Translations under genes and position numbers: made by a program
The notes under the pieces: model-generated
Told to the model about the DNA's origin: nothing
The model's input: only the letters and a program-made list of their open reading frames with translations
Databases searched by the model: none
DNA from: Anaerococcus sp.
GTDB lineage: Bacteria > Bacillota > Clostridia > Tissierellales > Peptoniphilaceae
DNA: 34,661 bases
Assembly (NCBI GenBank): GCA_052105355.1
Contig: JBQDYR010000001.1
Coordinates: 1 to 34,661 of the forward strand
Direction: 5' to 3'
Part shown: one piece after another, positions 9,242 to 17,503 of the stretch
Position numbering within the stretch: the stretch's first letter is position 1
Layout of the letters: each line of letters begins with the position of its first letter

Positions 9242-9252
9242 TGTGTTATACT
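9242..9252 (+). promoter_or_regulatory. Extended -10 of the moa-mod operon promoter
   Basis: TGTGtTATACT about 35 bp before moaA; the -35 is ambiguous. Confidence 0.45.
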
Positions 9253-9286
9253 ATTATTAGTTTCTAGAAGAGGATAGGTGAACCTT

Positions 9287-10234
9287 ATGTTAGATAAATT
9301 TGATAGAAAAATTAATTATCTTAGAATTTCGCTTACAGATTTATGCAATTTTAGGTGTAAATACTGTATGCCAGAAGGTGGAGTTTTAAAAAAAGATAGA
9401 TCTGAATTGTTAACCTTTGAAGAACTTTATTATATAAGTCACATTTTTGTAGAAAATGGTGTTGATAAAATAAGAATTACAGGTGGAGAACCTCTGCTTA
9501 GAAAAGGTGTAGAGAAATTTGTTGAGTCTTTAGGATATATAAAAGAAGTTAAAGATCTAGCGATGACTACGAACGCTTCATTACTTGCAAAAAAGGCAGA
9601 AACTTTAAAAAAAGCAGGACTTAATAGAGTTAATATTTCTTTGGATACTTTAAATCCAGAAACGTTTGAGAAGTTAACAAAGGGAAATTTATCAGATGTT
9701 TTAGAAGGAATAAAAAAAGCGGAAGAAGTTGGGCTTAAGATTAAAATTAATACAGTTCTCCTAAAAGGAATCAACGATGGAGAAATTAATGACTTTATTA
9801 ATCTAACAAAGGATAGGCAAATTGATGTAAGGTTTATAGAAGTTATGCCTATTGGACCGACAGCAGAATATGCAAAATCTAAATTCCTATCATGTGATCA
9901 GATCATAAAAAATTCTAATCTCATTAAAATAGAAAACGATGACATTTCTTCTCCTGCAAAACTTTATAAACTTAAAGGAGCCAAAGGAAGAGTAGGGTTT
10001 ATAGAACCGATTTCCCATAATTTTTGTGAAAACTGTAATAGGATTAGACTTACAAGTGATGGTAAACTAAAGCCTTGTCTTCATAATGATAAGGTAATAG
10101 ATTTAAAAGCTGCTCTTAGAAATGGTGATGATATAAGGCCTCTTATAGAAAGGGCCTTATTAATAAAACCACAAAAGCACAATTTAAATAAGGGCGAAAA
10201 TATTATAGAAAGTATGAATAGAATAGGAGGCTAG
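9287..10234 (+). CDS. moaA: GTP 3',8-cyclase (radical SAM)
   Basis: YLRISLTDLCNFRCKYC (CX3CX2C), TGGEPL, FCENCNRIRLT..G.LKPCL, C-terminal IGG. Start may be GTG 9278 or ATG 9287. Confidence 0.96.
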   Translation: MLDKFDRKINYLRISLTDLCNFRCKYCMPEGGVLKKDRSELLTFEELYYISHIFVENGVDKIRITGGEPLLRKGVEKFVESLGYIKEVKDLAMTTNASLLAKKAETLKKAGLNRVNISLDTLNPETFEKLTKGNLSDVLEGIKKAEEVGLKIKINTVLLKGINDGEINDFINLTKDRQIDVRFIEVMPIGPTAEYAKSKFLSCDQIIKNSNLIKIENDDISSPAKLYKLKGAKGRVGFIEPISHNFCENCNRIRLTSDGKLKPCLHNDKVIDLKAALRNGDDIRPLIERALLIKPQKHNLNKGENIIESMNRIGG

Positions 10235-11191
10235 ATGTTTACGCATCTTGATGAAAATGGCAGAGGTCAAATGGTGGATATTTCAGAAAAAAGTCCAACT
10301 ATTAGACAGGCTCTTGCCAGAGGATATATAAAACTTAAAAAAGAAACTATAGAAGCAATAAAAAATGAAAAAATGAAAAAAGGTGATGTTCTTTCTATAG
10401 CACAAGTTGCAGCAATACAGGGAGTGAAAAACACATCATCTATTATACCGATGGCTCACCCTTTATTTTTAAATGGAATAAATGTAAATTTCTATTTTGA
10501 AGATGAGTATTTATTTTGTGAAGTAAGGGTTAAGTGTGAAGGAAAAACTGGTGTAGAAATGGAAGCTCTAACAGGAGTCTCTTGTGGTCTTCTAACGGTT
10601 TATGATATGTGCAAGTCTATGGATAAAACAATGTCTATAGAAAAAATTTATCTTGTAGAAAAAGTCGGTGGTAAATCTGGACATTTTCATGCTGATTCAG
10701 TAGAAGAAAAGATTTATGACTATGCAGTTATTGTAGCGAGTGACACTAGATCTAGTGGAGAAAATAAAGATTTATCAGTTGATGCTTTTAAAGAATCTAT
10801 GCCTGAAAACTATAAGCTTGTATACTCAAAAATTATTCCTGATAATATTGAAGATATAAAAAATGAGCTTATTTATTTGGCAGATGAGAGAAAGATTCCT
10901 TTAATCTTCACATCAGGTGGAACAGGTTTTAGTAAGAGAGATGTAACTCCAGAAGCTACAGAGCTTGTTATAGAAAAATCTGCATCATCTATTTCAGATG
11001 CTATAAGACTATATTCCAAAGAAAAAACAAACAAATGGATGTTATCAAGATCTACAAGTGGTATAAGAAAAAATTCATTGATTATAAATCTTCCAGGATC
11101 TCCTAAAGCTGTCAAAGAAAGTATTTTCGCGATACTTCCAAGTCTTTCCCATGGGTTAGATATTTTGAGTGGAGATTTCAAACAACATTGA
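10235..11191 (+). CDS. moaC: Fusion of cPMP synthase MoaC and a MogA/MoaB molybdopterin adenylyltransferase
   Basis: N-half FTHLD..MVDISEK, IPMAHP, TGVEMEAL, YDMCK, KVGGKSG; C-half ASD, TSGGTGFSKRDVTPEA, SRS.SG, NLPGSP. Confidence 0.92.
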   Translation: MFTHLDENGRGQMVDISEKSPTIRQALARGYIKLKKETIEAIKNEKMKKGDVLSIAQVAAIQGVKNTSSIIPMAHPLFLNGINVNFYFEDEYLFCEVRVKCEGKTGVEMEALTGVSCGLLTVYDMCKSMDKTMSIEKIYLVEKVGGKSGHFHADSVEEKIYDYAVIVASDTRSSGENKDLSVDAFKESMPENYKLVYSKIIPDNIEDIKNELIYLADERKIPLIFTSGGTGFSKRDVTPEATELVIEKSASSISDAIRLYSKEKTNKWMLSRSTSGIRKNSLIINLPGSPKAVKESIFAILPSLSHGLDILSGDFKQH

Positions 11192-11198
11192 GGTAAAT

Positions 11199-11627
11199 AT
11201 GGCAAAAGTAATTTCTATTAATAAATCAGAAACAAAGGGAGTTATCAAAACTCCTCAAAGCGAAGGACTCTTTATAGAAGATTTTGGCTTAGAAGGCGAT
11301 GCCCATGCAGGGAAATGGCATAGACAAGTTAGCCTTTTAGCTGAAGAATCTATTGAAAAAATGAAAGTAAATCTACCTAATCTTAAAGATGGGGACTTTG
11401 CAGAAAACATTACAACCGAAGGAATAGTTTTATATGAACTTCCTGTAGGAACTAGACTTCAAATTGGTAAAACTATACAAGAAGTAACCCAAATTGGTAA
11501 AAAATGCCACAAGGGATGTGCCATAAAGAATGAGGTTGGAGAGTGTATAATGCCGAAAGAAGGTATTTTTACAAAAGTAATAAAGGGTGGACTTGTAAAA
11601 GTAGGAGATGAGATAAAACTTATTTAA
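11199..11627 (+). CDS. MOSC-domain (Moco sulfurase C-terminal-like) protein
   Basis: GLEGDAHAG.WHRQVSLL, FAENIT, TQIGKKCHKGC..CIMP.EGIF; ATG 11199 after GAGGT. Confidence 0.9.
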   Translation: MAKVISINKSETKGVIKTPQSEGLFIEDFGLEGDAHAGKWHRQVSLLAEESIEKMKVNLPNLKDGDFAENITTEGIVLYELPVGTRLQIGKTIQEVTQIGKKCHKGCAIKNEVGECIMPKEGIFTKVIKGGLVKVGDEIKLI

Positions 11628-11648
11628 ATTTTTAAATTAGGAGAACCT

Positions 11649-12503
11649 ATGAAATTAAAAAAATTTTTTACTATGACACTTTGTTCACTTATTGCTATTA
11701 ATTTGATAGCTTGTGGAGCTGGGAAAAATGAAAATTTAACTAGTGAAGAAACTATAAATGGTCTAAAAGAGAAAAATGTAAAAACGGAAAGTGAAGATCT
11801 AGTAGTATTTGCTGCAGCTTCTATGACCGATGTTTTAGAAAAGTTAAAAGATGTTTATGAAAGCGACCATAAGGATATAAATCTAACATTTAGCTTTGAT
11901 TCTTCAGGAACTTTAAAGTCTCAAATTTTGGAAGGGGCAGATTGTGATATTTTTATCTCTGCTGCTCAAAAACAAATGAATGCGCTTGATCCTGATCAAA
12001 AAAATTATAACGGTAAAGTTTCAATTGACAAGGAAACTAGAACTGACTTACTTGAAAATAAAGTTTGCTTAGTGGCTTCTGGTGATAATGAAAAAGGTGT
12101 AGAAAAATTTCAAGACTTGGCTAAAGAAAATATAGAGACTATAGCTTTAGGTAACGAAGATGTTCCTGTTGGACAATATTCAGAAGAAATTCTTAAGAAT
12201 TTAGGAATTTTTGAAAAGATTCAACCAAAAATATCATATGGTTCAAACGTAAGAGAGGTTGCTTCTTGGATAAAAGAAAATGCTGTTGATGCAGGAATTA
12301 TTTATGCGACTGATGCAAAAGTATTTGACTTAAATATAGTTGCAGAAGCTGATGACTCTATGCTTGATAATAAAGTTATTTATCCTGCGGCAGTCTTAGA
12401 GAGCTCAAAACACAAAGAAGAAGCTAAAGAGTTTTTAGAATTTTTACAAACAGACCAAGCAAGTGAAATCTTTACAAAATCTGGATTTACTCCAGTTAAA
12501 TAG
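11649..12503 (+). CDS. modA: Molybdate ABC transporter substrate-binding lipoprotein
   Basis: Lipobox LIAC; FAAASM, DSSGTL, VPVGQY, NVREV, GIIYATD. Confidence 0.93.
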   Translation: MKLKKFFTMTLCSLIAINLIACGAGKNENLTSEETINGLKEKNVKTESEDLVVFAAASMTDVLEKLKDVYESDHKDINLTFSFDSSGTLKSQILEGADCDIFISAAQKQMNALDPDQKNYNGKVSIDKETRTDLLENKVCLVASGDNEKGVEKFQDLAKENIETIALGNEDVPVGQYSEEILKNLGIFEKIQPKISYGSNVREVASWIKENAVDAGIIYATDAKVFDLNIVAEADDSMLDNKVIYPAAVLESSKHKEEAKEFLEFLQTDQASEIFTKSGFTPVK

Positions 12504-12562
12504 TTCGTTCAAGTGAAAGGGCCTATTTTTAAGAGGTCCATAGAAAAAAAGGGGTACAAATA

Positions 12563-13237
12563 ATGGATTTTTTTCCTCTATATAACTCCATAAGGATAGC
12601 TATCATATCATCAGTAATTACCTTTTTTTTAGGGATTTTTTTTGCTTATTATGTAAAAAAATTACCTCCAACTATAAAAGGTATATGTGATGTAATTTTG
12701 ACCCTACCATTGGTTCTTCCACCTACGGTTATTGGGTTTTTTATAATAAAAACTCTAGGACCAAATAGTTTACTAGGTAACATAGTTCAAAATTTTTTTG
12801 AAGTAAACTTAATTATGAAATGGTATTCTTCTATAATCGCTACTGTGATAGTTACCTTTCCACTAATGTATAGGACTGCAAGAGGAGCTTTTGAAGCTTT
12901 TGATATGAATCTTAAATATGCTGGAGAAACATTGGGCAAGTCTAACACTTGGATTTTTTGGAAAATTACTCTTCCAACTTGTAAAAAGGGTGTTTTAGCT
13001 GGACTTGTTCTTTCTTTTGCTAGAGCTCTTGGAGAGTATGGAGCAACTAGCATGGTAAGTGGTTACATACCTGGAAAAACCGCCACTATTTCAACAAGTG
13101 TTTACCAATTTTGGAGAATAGGAAAAGATGCATTAGCCTATAAGTGGGTATTTATTAATGTTTTAATTTCTTTAGTAATTCTGCTTGTGATAAATTTACT
13201 TGAAGCAAATAATAATATAATGAAAAAGAGAGTCTAA
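12563..13237 (+). CDS. modB: Molybdate ABC transporter permease
   Basis: LPLVLPPTVIG, FARALGEYGAT, IPGKT. Confidence 0.94.
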   Translation: MDFFPLYNSIRIAIISSVITFFLGIFFAYYVKKLPPTIKGICDVILTLPLVLPPTVIGFFIIKTLGPNSLLGNIVQNFFEVNLIMKWYSSIIATVIVTFPLMYRTARGAFEAFDMNLKYAGETLGKSNTWIFWKITLPTCKKGVLAGLVLSFARALGEYGATSMVSGYIPGKTATISTSVYQFWRIGKDALAYKWVFINVLISLVILLVINLLEANNNIMKKRV

Positions 13238-13238
13238 G

Positions 13239-14282
13239 ATGTTAAAAGTAGATATTTTTAAAGACTATGGTAGTTTTAAATTGGATGTAAATTTTGAAAG
13301 TAGCGATTCAGTCCTAGGAATTCTGGGTGCCTCTGGCTCTGGGAAGAGTTTGACACTAAAAGCTATTGCAGGAATAATAAAACCTGATCGTGGAAGGATA
13401 GTTTTGGATGGGAAAATTTTATATGATTCTAGTAAGAATATAAATTTAAGACCACAAGATAGAAATGTTGGATTTTTGTTCCAAGACTATGCTCTATTTC
13501 CTAATATGACTGTTTATGAAAATATAAAAGTTGGTATTAGAGATAAAAATTTAAATGCAAATGAGCTTATAAATAAGAAGTTAGATGAAATGAATCTCCA
13601 AAAGGTAAGAGATAATTATCCTCATGAAATATCTGGTGGAGAAAAACAGAGAGTTGCTCTTGCTAGGATTTTGGTCAATGGTGCAAAAATTTTACTTTTG
13701 GATGAACCCTATTCAGCTCTTGATTCCTACCTTAGGTGGAAGATAGAACTTGAAATAAAAAATACAATTGAAAAATATAAGATTCCAGCTCTTTTTGTAT
13801 CGCATGACAGGGATGAAATTTATAGAATGTGTGATGGAATTATCATTATGAAAAATGGAAAAGGAGAAGATAGAAAAAGTACAAGAGAACTTTTCGATAA
13901 ACCATTGACTCTCGCAGCAGCAGAATTATCTGGTTGTAAGAACTTTTCTGAAATTAATCATATAAGAGATGACTTGTTTTATGCAAAAGACTGGGGACTT
14001 ACTTTAGTTTTAAAAAACTATAAACCTTCTGATATTCTAGGGATAAGAAGTCACTATGTAAATTTAAGTGAAAATAAAGAAGGAGTAAATTTTTATGAGC
14101 TTGAAGTTATAAAAGAAGTAGAAGAACTCTTTGGTTATACTATTATAGGAAAATCTAAAGATTCTAATAATCAAGGGAGACTCAGGATAGAAGTTGAAAA
14201 AGATAAATGGAATAAATTAAAAGAAAAAGAAAGAATATTTTTTCAAATTGATGAAAATAAATTATTGTACTTAAAAAAATAA
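13239..14282 (+). CDS. modC: Molybdate ABC transporter ATP-binding protein
   Basis: Walker A GASGSGKS, FQDYALFP, ISGGEKQR, LLLDEP, VSHD; follows modAB. Confidence 0.9.
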   Translation: MLKVDIFKDYGSFKLDVNFESSDSVLGILGASGSGKSLTLKAIAGIIKPDRGRIVLDGKILYDSSKNINLRPQDRNVGFLFQDYALFPNMTVYENIKVGIRDKNLNANELINKKLDEMNLQKVRDNYPHEISGGEKQRVALARILVNGAKILLLDEPYSALDSYLRWKIELEIKNTIEKYKIPALFVSHDRDEIYRMCDGIIIMKNGKGEDRKSTRELFDKPLTLAAAELSGCKNFSEINHIRDDLFYAKDWGLTLVLKNYKPSDILGIRSHYVNLSENKEGVNFYELEVIKEVEELFGYTIIGKSKDSNNQGRLRIEVEKDKWNKLKEKERIFFQIDENKLLYLKK

Positions 14283-14311
14283 CCACCTGATGTAAAAGGG
14301 TGGTTATTTTT
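14275..14311. terminator. Bidirectional terminator whose arms contain both convergent stop codons
   Basis: AAAAATAACCACC / GGTGGTTATTTTT perfect 13 bp inverted repeat. Confidence 0.8.
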
Positions 14312-15434
14312 CTGAAATCTCTTCAATTGCTTTAACTACTTTATCAATTTCGTCTTCTGTATTGTAGTGGGAAAGGCTAAGTCTTACTATAGATCTATTT
14401 TTTGTTTCAAATCTCTCATGGAAAAGTGGTGCACAATGAGATCCTGTTCTTACACATATACCATACTCTTGATCCAAAATTTCACCTACAGTATTCGCAT
14501 CATAACCTTTAATATTAATTGAAACAATAGGTGCATTAACCTCTTCTAAGTGGGTATAAAATTCTAAGTTCTGATTTTTTTTAAGTTTTTTATATAAAAG
14601 TTTTGTAAGATGGTCCAGTTTTTGGTAGGGTTTATTTTTTTCGATTTCTTCAATTGCAGCCTGCAAACCAACAAAAGAGTGCAGATTACATGTTCCTGGT
14701 TCGAAAAGATCAGGAAGAGTTTTAGGCTGGATTTTTGAAAAAGAATCAAAACCTGATCCACCAGAAAAAACCTGCTCAAAATCAAATTCTCCCTTAATAA
14801 GAAATCCTCCAGTACCTTGTGGTCCATGTAAACCCTTATGTCCTGTAAAGGCAAAAATTGTATTATCAAAATTTTTAAGACTAAAATTACAAACTCCAGC
14901 GATTTGAGCCCCATCAATGATTAGTTTTAAGTTGTATTTTTTACATATTTCATAAACTTTTTCAAGTTCTGTAACTTTCCCAGATACGTTGGATGCTGCT
15001 GTTATAAGTATAGCTTTTGTATTCTCCTTTATAAGACCTTCAATTTCATCTAATTTTAAATTAAATTGATCATCAAGTCCTATGAAAGATATTTCGCCTC
15101 CATTTTTTGAAAAATTATAAAGTGGTCTTAAAACAGAATTATGCTCAGAAATACTTGTTATTATATGATCATTTTTTTTAAAAAGTGATCTAATAATAAA
15201 GTTTAGAGCAAAAGTTATATTTGGCGTAAGGATGACTTTTCTAGGATCGCTTAGACCGAAATAATTACCTATAGTCATTCTGATTTCAAGCATTTTTCTA
15301 AGAGAATTTAAGCTTGCCTGATAAGATCCCCTTGAAGGGTTAGCATAACTTCTGCTCATTAGTGACTTGTAGATTGCCTCTGCCACTTTTTTTTCTTTAT
15401 CAATTGTAGTTGCTGCATTATCTAAGTAAATCAT
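14304..15434 (-). CDS. Class V PLP enzyme, cysteine desulfurase / selenocysteine lyase family (group II-like)
   Basis: YLDNAAT, EHNSV, DGAQ, TGHKGL (PLP Lys), RTGSHCA (catalytic Cys). Confidence 0.9.
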   Translation of the reverse strand: MIYLDNAATTIDKEKKVAEAIYKSLMSRSYANPSRGSYQASLNSLRKMLEIRMTIGNYFGLSDPRKVILTPNITFALNFIIRSLFKKNDHIITSISEHNSVLRPLYNFSKNGGEISFIGLDDQFNLKLDEIEGLIKENTKAILITAASNVSGKVTELEKVYEICKKYNLKLIIDGAQIAGVCNFSLKNFDNTIFAFTGHKGLHGPQGTGGFLIKGEFDFEQVFSGGSGFDSFSKIQPKTLPDLFEPGTCNLHSFVGLQAAIEEIEKNKPYQKLDHLTKLLYKKLKKNQNLEFYTHLEEVNAPIVSINIKGYDANTVGEILDQEYGICVRTGSHCAPLFHERFETKNRSIVRLSLSHYNTEDEIDKVVKAIEEISEK

Positions 15435-15690
15435 AATCTAAAATTTTGGGTTTTCTTTCTTTTTTTTCATATAATAGTATATATCTATCTTTATAATTTA
15501 ACTTGTGAATTTCAAAAACTTTTTCTACTTCCTTATAGAATTTTTTCTCAAATCTAAGTGCAAGGCCACATCCGGCATCTATTTCTGGAAGTAGGGGTAC
15601 AAGTCTTGCTCTTATACTTTCTTTTTCCATTGCCATTTCTGAAAGCATGGAGTCAGAAGTAGAATCGAAGGTATAAATTACATATTCCAT
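15418..15690 (-). CDS. DUF3343-family putative Se/S carrier protein
   Basis: TFDST..LVP.LPEIDAGCGLAL; 90 aa; directly abuts the yedF stop. Confidence 0.8.
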   Translation of the reverse strand: MEYVIYTFDSTSDSMLSEMAMEKESIRARLVPLLPEIDAGCGLALRFEKKFYKEVEKVFEIHKLNYKDRYILLYEKKERKPKILDYDLLR

Positions 15691-16275
15691 TTATGGTCTT
15701 ACAACTCTTTTTGTAGTCATTAGTCCAACTATTTCATACATATTTGTTACACTTCCAACTTGTAAATCTTCTTTTACTCCATAATTATCTAAGCAAAGCC
15801 CACAAGAAAGAATCTTTACTCCACCTTCTTCAAGTTTCTTTAAATCTTCAATTGCGTTTTCTCTTTTTGTAGTTAAGTAAACTCCTTTATTGTAACAGAT
15901 TATGTATTCGGGATACTTATCTTGTTCTGTTAAGGCTAGAAGAAAACTTTCGATTAATTTTTTAGAAAAGTCTTCATCACCTTCTCCCATCTTATCTGCA
16001 TCTAAGACAACTACATATTCATTTGACTGCATAGGAGATAAGGTTTCTTTTTGAGATATCTCATCTGACTTTTCAAACAAAAGTTCGAATTCTCCATTTT
16101 CTTTTTTTTCAACTGTAGTCTTATAGTTAACTTGACTTGCCATTTTATTTAAATTATCTACAGCTATTTGTTCATTAACTAGAACTTTAAAAATTTTTAC
16201 ATCTTCCTTTACGAGTCTTTTAGCCATAATTACAGGCATAGGACATTCTATTCCTCTAGCATCTATTTCTTTCAT
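15691..16275 (-). CDS. yedF: Selenium metabolism protein YedF (TusA/SirA-like + DsrE-like)
   Basis: IDARGIECPMPVI (CPxP) and ILSCGLCLD..VGSVTNMYEI; directly downstream of selD. Confidence 0.9.
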   Translation of the reverse strand: MKEIDARGIECPMPVIMAKRLVKEDVKIFKVLVNEQIAVDNLNKMASQVNYKTTVEKKENGEFELLFEKSDEISQKETLSPMQSNEYVVVLDADKMGEGDEDFSKKLIESFLLALTEQDKYPEYIICYNKGVYLTTKRENAIEDLKKLEEGGVKILSCGLCLDNYGVKEDLQVGSVTNMYEIVGLMTTKRVVRP

Positions 16276-16289
16276 AAATTTATCCTTTC

Positions 16290-17309
16290 TTAAACAATAA
16301 ATATACTCTTATCAAACTTTTTATAAACTTCTCCAATTATAGAAGCTTGAATATTATTCGCCTTTAACTCTTCTAAAGCTTCTTCTGCATCTTTAGAATC
16401 TATAGAAACAAGAAGTCCTCCAGAAGTTTGTGGATCGTATAAAACTTCCTCAAGTGCAAAGTCATCTATTTGGAATTCTACCTTTTTTTCCATAAACATT
16501 CTATTTCTTTGTCCACCTTTGGTAAAGACAAATTCACTAGCAGCATATTTAGCCTTAGGTAGGCATGGTATATATTCGCTTTTTAAAATGGCAGAAAAGT
16601 CATCTCCAACCATTTCGCCTAAATGTCCAAGTAAACCAAAACCAGTTACATCGGTTGCTGAAGATATTTTGTATTTTTCTAATATATCTTTAGCATATTT
16701 GTTAAGACTGGTCATTGACTCTACTGCAGCCTGATATTCATCATCTCCTACAAGTCCTACAGAATGAGCATTTACTATGAGAGTAACGCCCAGAGGCTTA
16801 GTTAAGATAAGTTTATCACCTACCTTTGGAGTGTTATTTTTCCAAATTTTATTTATATCAGTTTTTCCAATTACTGTAAGTCCATATTTAACTTTAGGGT
16901 CATGGATCGAGTGTCCTCCAACCAAGCTTGCATAAGCTTCCCTAACTTTATCAGCGCCCCCTTGAAGAATTTTTTCTAAGGATTTGATATTTCCTTCTTC
17001 TGGAAAAGCCACAATATTTAAAGCACATATAGGATCTGCTCCCATTGCATATATATCTGAAAGAGCGTTTGCAGCAGCAATTTGTCCAAAGATAAATGGA
17101 TCACTTACCATTGGAGGGAAAAAATCCAAAGTTGTAATAATCCCTGTTTTGTCATCGATATTTATTACTGCAGAATCATCCTTTGAATCATATCCTACAA
17201 TAATATCATCTCTTCTATAATTTTGAATGGATTTTAAAATCTCATCCAATGAAGCAGCGGGAATTTTTGCATTACAACCCCCACAAACTTCTAATTCAAT
17301 ATCGTTCAT
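16290..17309 (-). CDS. selD: Selenide, water dikinase (selenophosphate synthetase), Cys-type
   Basis: GGCNAK (catalytic Cys encoded TGT, Lys at +3), DDSA, TLDFF, AANALSDIYAMG, GGHS, LTKPLG, TDVTGFGLLGH, DPQTSGGLL. Confidence 0.96.
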   Translation of the reverse strand: MNDIELEVCGGCNAKIPAASLDEILKSIQNYRRDDIIVGYDSKDDSAVINIDDKTGIITTLDFFPPMVSDPFIFGQIAAANALSDIYAMGADPICALNIVAFPEEGNIKSLEKILQGGADKVREAYASLVGGHSIHDPKVKYGLTVIGKTDINKIWKNNTPKVGDKLILTKPLGVTLIVNAHSVGLVGDDEYQAAVESMTSLNKYAKDILEKYKISSATDVTGFGLLGHLGEMVGDDFSAILKSEYIPCLPKAKYAASEFVFTKGGQRNRMFMEKKVEFQIDDFALEEVLYDPQTSGGLLVSIDSKDAEEALEELKANNIQASIIGEVYKKFDKSIFIV

Positions 17310-17337
17310 TCTCTCCTCCTTTATTAGGATATTTTTT

Positions 17338-17348
17338 ATTATAACACA
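17338..17348 (-). promoter_or_regulatory. Extended -10 of the selD operon promoter
   Basis: Minus strand TGTGtTATAAT about 30 bp before the selD ATG; SD AAGGAGG. Confidence 0.55.
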
Positions 17349-17408
17349 TATGACAAATAATCTGAGAAAAGGATTTTCTAAGAATATTAAATTTTTTAAA
17401 AAAAGTAT

Positions 17409-17436
17409 TTGTATTATTTATAGAATGTGCTACAAT
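17409..17436 (+). promoter_or_regulatory. Putative sigma-A promoter of dpaL-ygeW-ygeY
   Basis: TTGTAT, 16 bp spacer, TACAAT with extended TG. Confidence 0.55.
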
Positions 17437-17441
17437 TAATT

Positions 17442-17457
17442 TAGTAATATGTTACAT
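17442..17457. promoter_or_regulatory. Candidate palindromic operator (copy 1) at the predicted dpaL transcription start
   Basis: TAGTAA-TATG-TTACAT; similar copies at 30431-30446 and 30754-30769. Confidence 0.5.
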
Positions 17458-17503
17458 TACATATAAGAATAACGCTAGCAGTTTTTTTGGGAAAGGAGTA
17501 TCA

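Noticed and set aside
9226-9252. Shared TTGTAT..TGTG promoter pattern of moaA, dpaL and selD as a special regulon signal
   Set aside because: TRTG extended -10 elements are generic in Firmicute sigma-A promoters.
9134-9286. Moco riboswitch before moaA
   Set aside because: The space is taken by a terminator and a promoter about 35 bp from the start, leaving no room for an aptamer.
11169-11201. TGA readthrough or frameshift fusing MoaC-MogA to MOSC
   Set aside because: MOSC is in another frame with its own GAGGT SD, and readthrough hits TAA about ten codons later.
12519-12539. Hairpin between modA and modB
   Set aside because: Six bp stem with a wobble and no U-tract; at most an mRNA stabiliser.
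17260-17309. Selenocysteine in SelD (or YedF)
   Set aside because: The SelD catalytic codon is TGT (Cys) and a good SD precedes ATG 17309. YedF CPxP is also Cys. No upstream TGA extension is needed.
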